Below, piece by piece: positions 13,900 through 25,809 of a stretch of 64,000 nucleotides of DNA (positions within the stretch are counted from its first letter, which is position 1; each line of letters begins with the position of its first letter). The notes beneath the pieces are model-generated. The model did no database searches. It saw only the letters and a list, made by a program, of their open reading frames with translations, and had not been told where the DNA came from. Origin of the DNA: Perna viridis (taxonomy: Eukaryota); the NCBI GenBank assembly GCA_037379345.1, contig CM074511.1, forward strand, positions 28,960,862-29,024,861, read 5' to 3'. Position numbers and translations under genes: made by a program.

Positions 13900-14140
13900 A
13901 GCCAAAAAGCAATACATAAAATAGCCTTGTTTCCTGCTACCAGCAAGAAATATTAGATGGTTGAAAGGTAGGGAAACTGTTTTATTTCAAAATAAAAAAA
14001 AATATATTGAGTTGCAATTTGAAAACAATATGGACTTTAACAGTGCTTGAGTAAAAAACTGTCATGAAATGTTTGAGGTAGGGAAACAAATTATGGTAGA
14101 TAGGGTAGCAGGAAACAGACATATTATTTTTTCTTTGGCC
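13900..14140. mobile_element. Harbinger/Tourist-like MITE
   Basis: Termini (A/G)GCCAAA...TTTGGCC, inverted TGTTTCCTGCTACC / GGTAGCAGGAAACA, TWA-type flanks. Confidence 0.6.
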
Positions 14141-14602
14141 TAATTGATATTGCTGGTGCTACATGTGCGTTATGAATGGGAAAATTTTAAATTTAAGGGG
14201 ACGATTGACCATATCGATATTAAGGGGTCATCTTTGGATCTTCCATGTTAATGGTTGAAATAATTATTCATCAAAGAAAATTATTTATTTTCATATATAC
14301 TTGTATATATAAAAGCAAAGTGTTTGGATCAGAATGGTTTTAAATTATCAAAATATTGTGTTCTTCTATCTTTAGATCAAAAATATTCATTTATCTTACT
14401 TCTCCCCCCTTGCAAGGAGATGTTTCTAATCGCAATATTTAATCTTTCCTTCTTGACCATTTATAAACGAAAATAAAATAAGAAAAGGAGACTTCTATTT
14501 TCATCATTACTACACATTCACGTAAAATTTAAACAGATTCCATTCAATTTTTACGGGAAAGTGTTCCACTTATTTCGCAGAAGCACCTTCTGAGCTTGCT
14601 CA

Positions 14603-14785
14603 AAATAGACACTTTCGTGCTAATTGCAGGGTAGTCGATGAGCATGCGTAGAGCATGCTCAATATATACTTCCGCGTAGATAATTCTTTTGTTCTGATCA
14701 TGCCCTACCTCGCGGAAGTGTATATTGAGCATGCTCACCAACTTACCACAAAAGGGTCTATTAGCACGAATATTATAGGTCTATT
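14603..14785. repeat. Palindromic interspersed repeat (inverted second copy ~54898-55052)
   Basis: 26-bp internal inverted repeat GAGCATGCTCAATATATACTTCCGCG / CGCGGAAGTGTATATTGAGCATGCTC, with AATAGAC...GTCTATT ends. Confidence 0.75.
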
Positions 14786-16299
14786 GCAAAAACGTTTCTT
14801 TGACACGTATTATCAGTGAGTTCCTGTCAAAAGTTTACGTTTCTATATGCATTCTTAATTGTATGTTTCATGTGAACAAGTGTTGTTTGTGTTTTGAAAT
14901 TTACATTTTGTTATACATGTTTTTTTTTGGTATATTTGCGTATATGTCGGATCTTCTACTTTTTACGGAATGAATCTATGTTTGTATTTAGTCAGGTATG
15001 TGATATCGATTTTTGTAATGATTAATAAAAAACATTTCATTATTATTATCATGGTGAACTATACCTACACTATGCCACTCCCTTTTCCACCCATGCACAT
15101 GTGCACCAAAGACTTCAGATTTTACAGGAATGTCAATCAGAATCTAGGACATTACTTTTGATGACACTAAAAATTTGCAGTATCTTTCTTTCTACTACAT
15201 TCAACCCGTTAAAAGCATACAAATATATCAACTTAAAGAAAAAATATTTGTTATAACCGTTATACATGTACTAATGTGTATTTGCAAACAAAATAACTTG
15301 GGCCAAATTTCTCGTGATTTTCTTCATTGAAAGGTAGTTGCAAGTTAAATTGCTATACTACGTCACGAATCAATTTTGTTTTGCCGTTTGGGGAATCCCA
15401 GGATTATTTGTGCTGAAACATGAAATCAAGGAAAATGTGAATTGTCTATTGATGGAAAAGTAGAAAACAGAAATTGATACCGATAAATGTCATTTATTGT
15501 TATGAAAATTTGATAAAATAAACAAAATTAAAACAATAAGCGGAGTCGATGTCGAACGAAAAACCCATATTGCACATTGTAATGTTACAGTAACGGACGC
15601 TTCACTGGATTTGTGTCTTAATGAGCAATACATGGTATTATATTCATATGCTTGGTGTTTTTAACAGGGAAATTACATTGTCATAAAATCACAAACCATT
15701 TTACACTAGCAGACAATTTGTTCTTCCTTAATCAAAGAACACTAACAACCCATTCTCTGTAATGGTTGTAAAGGTGCTACTTTGTAAATTCCTGACTTAA
15801 AAGTGTTCTGATTTAAAGCAAAAATGTCGAAAAGTCATTTTCAACGATTTTTGTTACTAATTTTGTACTTTTACTCTGATTTATTAGAAATGCTAGTATG
15901 CATTCTTATAATTCTAAGTGTATGTTTTCCTACATATCCGAAAGAATCCAATTAAAGAAATGGCAAGAATCCTTTGAAATGAATTAGCCTATTTGTAACC
16001 AAATTTTAGGAATAATGTCCATTTTATAATGTGCGGAAAAGAAATATTTCACGCTAAAAATTTTAGCTTTTTTCAATTCTACGGGTAAAGCGCAAACGCC
16101 CCCCGGACCTGGTTGAATCCGTCACTGACAGTTGTAACATAATATGCGAATAGTCATTTCATAGGGACTTGTCATACAATTATATGCATGTCAGAGAGTT
16201 ATACAACTCCAAACGTTTTTATGCCGTATACTGACATGCGAGCCCATAAAAAAGAAATTGTTCCTAACCGCATACCGCCATTAAAGTTTTGCTTAAGTC

Positions 16300-16911
16300 A
16301 AAATCTAGGACATTAAGTATCAAGCTCACCTCCTGCATTTTTGCATTTCTCAAGAATATGACACTTTTTAATAACTTTTATCTTATGTGTCGCAGTCGCC
16401 CACATGATAGTTATATTGAAACATTTAATATTTTTGTCGTTTATTCTAGATTCTTTTGGAAATTTTCAGTGACCGCACTCATACGCTTTGCAGAAATATG
16501 TCAATTTTTAGAATTTTTGACTAAAATACAGGTATCGCAGTAGCCTGTATGATATTTATATTTACAATTTTTACATTTTATACAGTAATCTTAGATCCTT
16601 TTGGAATTTAAAAGTGCTCGCACTCGTACATTTTGGAGGAATATGACAATTTTAAAGAATTTTCACTCATATTTAGAAGTCGCAGTCACCCACATGATAG
16701 TTATATGGACAAATTTAGCATTTTAGTCGATAGTTTCAGACCCTTATGGAAATTTAAAGTGTTCATACTCATACATTTTGCAGATATATGTCAATTTTTA
16801 TAATTTTGACTAAAATACAGGTGTCACAGTCACTTGTATGAAACTTATATTTAAAATTTCTACCTTTTTTTTTACATTTAAGACCATATAGGTAAATTGA
16901 AAGTGCTCACA
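16300..16911. repeat. Short satellite-like array, ~145-bp monomers
   Basis: Units start near 16387, 16532, 16679 and 16821 at (G/A)TC(G/A)CAGT. Confidence 0.8.
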
Positions 16912-17334
16912 CTAGGGCGCTTTGCCCACAGAGCAACTGGGATGTGTGCCCCAGGTGGTTGAATGGGGTACCCCTGGCGTGTTGCATGCTGGGGTTGTCA
17001 GGCTATAATACGGAAAACCTGACCGCAAACCATAGTGGTGCACCGTGTTCGGAAACATGCCACGCTCCTCGCACGTTAAAACACCCTACTGTGGTATTCT
17101 CCCGGAGTAAGAACCATAGGGCTCCGCCACAGGAGGCTAAATTGTCCGACCCTACCCACCTCTCCCTATTTCCAGTGGCAATCAAAATTTGTCGATCCCA
17201 TTGTCCTTGTGTTCCATCCCTTTTTCATTTCATCATCATTTCATGTTCATATTATCATCAATTTCATGTTCATCGTCTGAATATAGCTGAAATATTGCTG
17301 CTCGGACGATAAACCCCAACAAACAAACAAACAA
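16912..17334 (+). mobile_element. 5'-truncated copy of the structured SINE-like element
   Basis: Colinear and highly similar to 52590-52992, ending in AAACCCC(AACA)n. Confidence 0.9.
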
Positions 17335-18305
17335 GAGTCCGGAAAACCATATTTTTTCTGTATGTATGATTTTATAGGATTAAGCAGTGTGTATCCATAT
17401 ACACTTATAAGCAGCATGCACCTGCGTCTACCCATGCTTTGTAAACTGTTTATTTATGCCATTAATGGTCAGTCAAAATACCAACAAAAAATCCGAAAGT
17501 GTCAAATTACCGATTCAATTCTTCTCTCCGTCATACGGTATCATATATATTTTATTAGAATAATTCCTTTACAGCAATTAACTTTAATATCACACTTACG
17601 TTGCTCACTTTGCGCTTCTAGTACGTTGAATATCCCAACATGGACACGAACATTGACGAAGCAAAGTGCACTACCAATTTACACCACCAACAAGGGAGAT
17701 ACTTTAACCAAGTCACGATGTGACTCATGTCCAAATGACTTGCATTGTCTACTTCTTGTTGACCTTTGATCCTTTTTCATCTCGCTTAAATCAGCAACCG
17801 TCTGCTACTTAAAACTGATCCATGCCAAGTTTCCCCGTCTCCTTTCATCACTATTATGTGATAGACTATTAAATGGATATTATATTGGTATTGAATTTAA
17901 GTATCAAAAATCTTCAGTCATAATTTAATTTCGGAATGGTTAATCTTGTTCAAAAGCAAGAACAATAGGTATAAAACGTATCATATCGATTTCAATTGTC
18001 CTCATCTGTTTGAGGTTCAAACCAAGATAAGCCGATATATTTAACACGGATAATAAATCTGTTGTAATGCTTACTTCATTCTCAGTATGTGACACCATCC
18101 GCAAACTCCCCTTATGTATCTGCGTCTATATCATCAACATAAAGGAGAAAATTTCTTGTTAAAATATTTGTTTAAAAGGTGATTTACAATGTACATCGCT
18201 ATGTGTCCAATATAGAGATAGTTCAAAATCACATATCTTCGAAGAATCCCCTGACAAAATCACTTTATTGTTTTAGATCGTGAATCATTTCATGAACCAC
18301 AACCT

Positions 18306-20864
18306 ATGATATATGCTGTGAAAATGTTGGCAGCATTTGTGCAAACAAGTTTTGCTACATTTGGACTAATCATGATTATTTGTCGGATCTGTTGTTCCCA
18401 TCCCTGCAAAGTAAACGGAAAAACGGCACACTGTGCGAACAAAGATCTTCAATCAATTCCACAGGATTTACCAAAGGACATTACAAAGATGGATATAAGA
18501 AAAAATCGTATCAAAACGTTGCCAAACAACGTATTTGCAAGATACAAAGGTTTGACAAGTTTACATCTGGATAAAAACCATTTAACAGCGATTGCAACGA
18601 AGTCTTTTGATGGATTACAAAAGCTCCATTATTTAACAATATCGGAAAATTTCTTAAATATTTCTGCCGCATACGCACCGCAGGCATTTGAACCATTGGA
18701 ATCACTGAAACATTTGAACTTAGAAAGAAATATGGAATTAGCTTCAATTGGTGAATTCAGCTATCCTTTTCTTGGTTGTTTACACCACTTGTTAACCTTA
18801 TCGATCGATCTTGCATTGTCACCTAATTTCAAAACCGGGGGATTTAAGCATCTAAAGAAATTAAGAGTTTTGGTATTTGACACCTGCAATTTGGAACATT
18901 TTACCAATCAAACGTTTTCTGATATAACTGGTTCTATTGAGGAACTGTACCTAAAGAACTGTATGTCTGTTCGTACCGTTCAACAAGACTTCCTCTTTCC
19001 GTTTACTAGATTACAGGTACTCAGCATCTACCATTCTAACATGGAGTTAAGCACTGCTTTCAGACTTTTATACCCATTTGAAAACAAGCACATGAAGGCA
19101 ATCGAATTTACAATGGTCAACCCAGGGTATAAAGATCCATTGCTAACTACAAAAGCAGTAATACTTTCAACTGAAATGGTGATGCATTTACAAAGAATAT
19201 GCGTAACTTCGCTAATGTTGGTACAAAATGGTATCGTAGAGATCGAGCCTAACACAATTCTAAAATATGACTTTTCATATTGTTTGAAAGAGATTGTTTT
19301 GTCTGGTAATAGGTTCCCTCTTTTTGAAGGGTTTTCACTCTCTGATTGGTGGTCCCTTGTGTCGAATTTAACGAATTTAACTCTATTTGACGTTTCCTTC
19401 AATCCATTTTTGATGAGTAATATAAAGTTACATGAACACTTTCCTCACCAACGTGTTTACGGCTTTGATGAAGGTGACATGGATCGTGCATACAGTACGG
19501 AAAGCAAAACTACTTGTAACAGTAAAACAGAAAACGAGGAAATACTGTTTCCGTTGCCACCGAAGTTAAAGACATTGCGCCTACCTTACTATGTCAGTAA
19601 TCAGAAACTTGGGTGTAAATTAAAATTCACCAACGCGTCATCACTTGAACACTTAGATTTGGAAAACTTTGGTCGTTACTTTTTCCCAGAGATGTCCATT
19701 GAAAATGGTTCAAATATCAAAAGTATAAATCTTAGTCAAATTTTCACATGGAAAAAATCGATTTCGCTGTTCCAAAAAGCAAAAGTTGTTTCGCTCAGCA
19801 GCAGTGGAATATGGAATGATATCCAGCATCATCCAACATATTTTGACTTTGCACCGGAGGTAGAAAAACTCGATATTTCATGGAATAACCTTTGGCAGCT
19901 TAGAAAAGATACATTCTTAAAAAACAAAAACCTAGAATCTCTTGACATTCATAGCAATTTGTTTGATGATTTTCCTGTTCCAATTCTGAAAATTAAATCT
20001 CTTAAGGTTTTAGACGCGCGTTGGAATATTTTAGATAACATTAATAAGACTATACGAAATTATTTCGATCGACAGCAAAAACAGCATGGCCATTTCTATC
20101 TTTTGTTAAAAGGCAATGTTTTCAAATGTGTATGTGAAACTATTGAATTTGTGCGTTGGTTGAATAAGACAAAGGTTACTTTTGATGCTGATGATTACAA
20201 GTGTATGTTAAGTAATGGTTCGGTTACAACAACAAAGAAAGTTCTTCAAGAATTTAATGCGTTATTTGGCTCCTGCAACAGCACGACTTGGCTTATAATC
20301 GGTATTGGTCTTTTGGTCGCTTTTGTGGTCTTAGCGATTCCAATTGCTCTTGTAGTTAACTATAAATGGCAAATAAGCTACTGGATTTATCGAAAGTTCA
20401 AAAAGGTCGTCGAACTTGAGATGAAAGAAAAGTTTCTCTACGATATATATGTCTCCTACACAAATGATACTGCCAACTGGGTGAAGGACACACTGGTATT
20501 AAAGCTAGAGCAGTCATGGGGACTGAAAATGTGTATTGAAGACCGAGATATTCTCATTGGTGGTTCTCATGCTGATGCGATAGCAGTTTCTATTTCTGAA
20601 AGTAGACACGTTATATTTGTTATAAACGACACATTTCTAGACAAGCATTGGGGTGGATTCGAAATGCAAAGGGCAAAGTACGAAAAGTATACTAAATCAC
20701 TTCAACAAATAATCGTCATCGCAAAGGGAATTTCTGTCGAAAATTTCCCCAGTGAACTTGAAAACATTTGGAAAGACCTTATCTTGATTTTCTGGGACAG
20801 AAATGCAGAGGACGAACACGGTTGGGACAAACTTCGAATGGCTTTGTTCACAGAGTTCATCTGA
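18306..20864 (+). CDS. TLR: Toll-like receptor (single cysteine cluster type), 852 aa
   Basis: Hydrophobic signal region, LRRNT (HPCKV..C..KDLQSIP), LxxLxLxxN repeats, LRRCT (NVFKCVCE...YKC...C), TM helix, and TIR (YDIYVSY, CIEDRD, HWGGFE, IFW). Splice acceptor TTTTAG ends at 18276. Confidence 0.96.
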   Translation: MIYAVKMLAAFVQTSFATFGLIMIICRICCSHPCKVNGKTAHCANKDLQSIPQDLPKDITKMDIRKNRIKTLPNNVFARYKGLTSLHLDKNHLTAIATKSFDGLQKLHYLTISENFLNISAAYAPQAFEPLESLKHLNLERNMELASIGEFSYPFLGCLHHLLTLSIDLALSPNFKTGGFKHLKKLRVLVFDTCNLEHFTNQTFSDITGSIEELYLKNCMSVRTVQQDFLFPFTRLQVLSIYHSNMELSTAFRLLYPFENKHMKAIEFTMVNPGYKDPLLTTKAVILSTEMVMHLQRICVTSLMLVQNGIVEIEPNTILKYDFSYCLKEIVLSGNRFPLFEGFSLSDWWSLVSNLTNLTLFDVSFNPFLMSNIKLHEHFPHQRVYGFDEGDMDRAYSTESKTTCNSKTENEEILFPLPPKLKTLRLPYYVSNQKLGCKLKFTNASSLEHLDLENFGRYFFPEMSIENGSNIKSINLSQIFTWKKSISLFQKAKVVSLSSSGIWNDIQHHPTYFDFAPEVEKLDISWNNLWQLRKDTFLKNKNLESLDIHSNLFDDFPVPILKIKSLKVLDARWNILDNINKTIRNYFDRQQKQHGHFYLLLKGNVFKCVCETIEFVRWLNKTKVTFDADDYKCMLSNGSVTTTKKVLQEFNALFGSCNSTTWLIIGIGLLVAFVVLAIPIALVVNYKWQISYWIYRKFKKVVELEMKEKFLYDIYVSYTNDTANWVKDTLVLKLEQSWGLKMCIEDRDILIGGSHADAIAVSISESRHVIFVINDTFLDKHWGGFEMQRAKYEKYTKSLQQIIVIAKGISVENFPSELENIWKDLILIFWDRNAEDEHGWDKLRMALFTEFI

Positions 20865-23149
20865 TCAATACTCCAAATCAATAATAGCAGTTGTAGAAAA
20901 AATGAAAATATGAAAAAAATGCAATTTGCATTTTAAGAATTAAACGCACATTACATTAAAACCAGTGAGAGACGTGTAAGACCAACATATATTGCATTTG
21001 TACTGACAGCGGTTTGGAGCCTATTATAATTCTTAAACCACACCATTCGTTAGTCAGAATTTTACCAAATCAAAAATCTAAAGTATGGAATAATCCAAAG
21101 TGAAAAAAGGAAATTGAAATGACTGGAAATGTTTGTTGATATGTTTCGAAAGAGAACTAATACACCAGTTACTTTAAACATTAAATAACCTTCATTATCA
21201 ACAACCTGACTACATTTGTTATTTCAACTATTAAGAGCTAGCATTCCAGATAATGGAAAAGGAGGTTGATTGATTTCCATGTAGTCACCGTGAAATATTA
21301 GGTGACAATTCCACAACAAAGTTCAGACTTTATTTTTTCTTTGTCTTGACTATTGAGCAACATCAAATACGATTATGGTGTTATATGGGATTTGAATGAA
21401 AGACAGTCACATGATTTATTGCGGTATTAAGTCAAGTAAAAAGTGGAAATGGTGATTTACATTCACCTTTTGATACCCCCTTGATTTGAATGAATTCTAT
21501 GTTCCAAACTGTTCCAACTATAAGTTTGTGTTGTTTTCTGTTAATATTATAGCGATAATTTTGTTGTATTTTGCGTTACTTGTGTTATATTGTACTGTAA
21601 CCTGCGCAGTCCTTTTCTCGTGGTTTCGGCGAACAATCTACTTTCGCATAGTTTAAATTTGCGATCGTTCCTCAAATCGAATAAGAATGTCCTATGTCCC
21701 GATTGAAAGTAAAAATTATTTTAAAATTGGTATACATATGTATATCGAATGTTAATGATTATGAAAATAAACATAGTTTGACGGCTAAATTATGATGCTT
21801 ATGTAGTAGACCCGAGGTACCCCAAAATTTTTCCATTTATTCAATTAACTTCCAACTTGAAAATAATTTGACGCTCAACTATAAAACTCACGGGGTTGGG
21901 TTAACTAATAAGCTAATGTTAAAGTCATTCATGGTACAAAGACTCTTCCGGTGGGAGAAATGTGGCATGACGGCCTACCTGCGTCGTAGAAGGTAGTGAG
22001 ATTTAAATATCCAGTTCATAGACTTAGTTAAAGGGTTAATTCTTTAGCCGAATCGGTTAGTTTTGGCTTGTTACCGAGCGGTCTAGGGATAATTACATTA
22101 AAATAAGAGCATTTTCAAACGTAGCTTCGTGCAGCTAATGGTGCAAAACAATACCAACAGATATTCAGTTTGTGCATGAACGTACATATGATGGACACTG
22201 TCGCATGCTGGAAAGTGTCTCTTTTCGATTTTAGAAGGCTAAGAAGTTATAAAACTGGCAAGATTTTGGACTAGCTGTCCCATGGCGGGGAATATATGAA
22301 TATTTGAATTCAGTATCTGATGGAATTTTGGTATGCAATAGAAACCGTCATTTCAAACATTTTCTGAACTAGTAAAACATACTTCTCAATGTATCCATTT
22401 GAAACATTTAACATTTGTACTTTAGTTTCCTAGTTTTCAAAGAGCAAAGTTGCTGGAGGCCGACATCTTTGTTCTCGAAGTCTAACCCCCTTCTTGGATT
22501 CATTTCCTTTTTACATAAATATCACTAGTACTTTGAAGCGTGGATATCAGCAGTCTTAAACGTTAAAGTGACTGAAATCTATCCAGTTGGATTACCTCCC
22601 TTACCTTAGTACTATTACCTTATTATTAGATTTATTGTAAATTATAAATACATATGTCATGAGATTATAACGACTAAGGTCATTTATGTAGTGGAGAGAT
22701 TAACTTGTCGCGATCAGTTCTAGTGGAGTAAAGCAATACCGAAATCCTTAAAATCATGTTTAATAAGACATGTGGCTTTTTTAAAGCTAAAAGCTAAGGT
22801 TGTTTCGCGACAAGTACAACACCTATGGAAGTTCGGTTTCATAAATATGGCCAAAATAAGTCTACTTCTTTCCTTCAGGTTGTTCCATTGTGTTGTCTGT
22901 GCCTATTATATACTTTCATCACAAACTTTGTTGATAGACTCATTATACGAAACAATTAAACAATGAATTTTAAACTTATATTCAGTACTCGGAAAGTTAA
23001 ATAAATATAATTTAATAACCATGGCAAAGTTTGTTTGGATATATGTGTCATATACTAAAATATATATGTTTCTGGGTATGTATTGTTTATTGGTTTTCAC
23101 GGTTTAGTTTTGTTTTACAATATAACTGTTCAAAGATTTTAAATATATT

Positions 23150-25520
23150 GTTTAAATACCTCAGGGAATGTTAACTGTATATTGTTGTATTTTACAATCT
23201 CTTGAAACCTGTTTCCTTATCAGTTCCTTCTCTACATCTTTGTCTTAATGTCAAAAGTACTGTGAAGTCCAAAGTTAATAGATGTTGTCGTGATTATTCT
23301 GCCTTTATTTTTACTACATAATGTTAATTGGGTTGAGGAGTTGTATCAATTGTGATTCAATGTACTTTCTGTATGTAGGGGATTTGTCATGAATTTGTTG
23401 CAGAACGGTTACAGTCTTATCCATTTGGTTATGGTCTGCCTGGTTGAAATGTTCTGTCACTGTTTTCTTTCTTTTGTGCCAAACATCGGCTATATGTTCT
23501 TTGATTCTGTTCTGTAATGTCCTTACTGTTTCACCAACATAAATATATCTCCCACATTGTTTGCAATGTATGCTATAGATAAATTAACCTACTTGCATCC
23601 ATACCTATTTTTTTTAAAATTCTGCATGTATTATATTCTTGTTCTATTTCTCTATCATCTCTTGGTATATCACACACCTCACATTTCCCTTTACATCGTC
23701 TTCTAATAAATTAAGTTGAGATAAATACTGTAATCTGATTGGTTAAAATAATTTTGTTATATCTCAATGGATAAAAAAAATATTGCCGCGCCCCTATTCA
23801 GTTAAATTCAGTGCTACTTTTCTCATGTTTAAAGATAATAATATGTTTTAAAATTAATTTATAAGAATTGGCTATTTCGTTTATTGCACTTCACGCAATA
23901 AACAATATGAACATGGAAATTTATGTTATTTTTCAATAGACAAAATTTGTATTTTTGCCAATTCTGAATTGCACTTTGATAAAATCGTATTTATATTACA
24001 TAGTTTCCCCTAGATAACTATATCATTTTTGTTTCTGTGTCGTCTATATGTTGTTAGATTTGGTTTAGGGAAATATTCAATCTCTCACAGATACTTATGA
24101 TGTTCGTTCTATTTTTGATATTTTCATTCAGACCAGGTAGCGGGACTGAATAGGTAGGATCTAACAACAAAAATTCTACATTCTGTTCAGATGACCTTCC
24201 TGATCAAATAATCAGGATTTATCTGTAATGATTTTGACAGCATTTTTCAAAGGAATCTGAAATCTCATCTGAACAGAGAGGAGAACGGAGTGTGGTTAGA
24301 TCCTAGATGCAGTAACTGGTGGAACAAGTAATAGGTCTAATTTTAATCAGATTTGGTACTATTTGGATATTTTACTGTTTATCTCTTCTTTTTTCAGAAG
24401 GTCCCCACTCTTCAGATTATTTGCTTTCTTAAGTTGTTCTTAAGTTGTCCTCCTATGAACTTTTAAATACTTTTTAACTACATCTTAAGTTCTTGTCCTT
24501 GTATTTTGTAGTTCTCTTCATTTTTCATATTCTTCTAAATCTCATAGCAAATCTATTTGGTATAGATTTCATTACAATATTTCGATGACATGATTTTTTG
24601 TGTACATATATGTGTATATATGTTGCTTTGTTGTATAAGTCAGTATTTGGTATCCTCTTGTAATGGGGTCTGTAAGTCTCGTTCTAGTTTCATTTTCCTT
24701 ACCGGAATTTCTGATTTAGAACGTATTGAAATCCGAAGACCTGTATGCATTTTATTGTTTACTTCTTGGATCTCGAAACCTGTATTACAATGCAAAATCT
24801 TCTATTTTACGCTTTTCTTAAACTTTTATGATGTGGAAGTAGATATTTGTCATGCATTTGTATTGGTCTTTTTCACGAAAATACTGAATCCAACGCTTTG
24901 AAAATGACAAATCTCTATGCATTTGAATGGTAGACTTGGACCAATTCTCGTGAAACGACAGAGTCACATCATGAGATTTCAAACCCTATTTCACTGTTGT
25001 ATCAAGAATTTCATCTGGTTGTAGTGATATCTAAATTCTACTTCAAAGTTTTATCAATGGAATTAGCATACATGTGGAATTCTTGTTATTCCATTTTGCC
25101 GTGGGTCCAAATTCACAATCCTTCATCAATATTTTTTTATGTAATAATGAATTGGGTTGTATTTATCAAGTTCTTGATCCCAATCAGTGTCTCATGCACG
25201 TACAAGCAAAATTCTTCTCCAGTTTTGAGCCAATTGCCACACCTATGTTTTTAAGGGTTGTTTTATTGTTGAATTCAAAATTGTTCCCTTCTAACACAAA
25301 TTTTCTCATTTTGATACATCTTTGGTTGGATTTTCACCAAATAATTGCATCTTTACATGCCTTTAAACTCTCTTCTTTAGGAATCGACGGATAAAGTTTC
25401 AGCAGATCAAAGCAGAACAAAATGCAATTTGTTGGTATTTGCTGTTTTACTCTTGATTTTTTTTCAGAAATTCATTAGTATCTTATAAAATATTTAAATG
25501 TCATTACATTAATATGATTA
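23150..25520 (-). mobile_element. Decayed Penelope-like retroelement (RT + C-terminal GIY-YIG), interrupted by later insertions
   Basis: Manual minus-strand translation gives RT motifs ILFCFDLLKLYPSIP, GVAIGSKL..NFAC and YIDE..IWTHG (24990-25500), and the endonuclease IYSIHCKQCGRYIYVGETVRTLQNRIKEH...EHF...H (23320-23585). Many stops and frameshifts; the outer boundaries are approximate. Confidence 0.85.
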
Positions 25521-25809
25521 GATATTTTGCGTCGGATTATTTTGGCGGTTTTATATTAGAATGTGCATGTTTAAATTGATCGCATTCAAAATAATAATTG
25601 TTTTATTTTTGCGTTATCAGGGTGGAATCAAATTGTCTATTTTTTATTATCCAAAAAAGATCTAACACTATCAGTGTCATATTCATTAGTACATTGTACC
25701 TGGGTATAATAATTCATTTCAAATTCGTAAAGCATTGAAACTTCATTCATTGTATTGCATGTGGTGCTGGATTTGGGTTCCTATTTCGATATTATAAGAT
25801 TTAGATCTT

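Noticed and set aside
16300-16911. CRISPR-like array
   Set aside because: Whole units are homologous with no unique spacers, and the context is eukaryotic with no cas genes.
16944-17312. 122-aa ORF (and 52713-52970)
   Set aside because: Incidental frames within the GC-richer SINE-like repeat, with non-ATG starts and a 20-nt indel between copies.
19028-19402. Antisense or alternate-frame ORFs over the TLR and MULE coding regions
   Set aside because: Shadow ORFs of real coding sequence.
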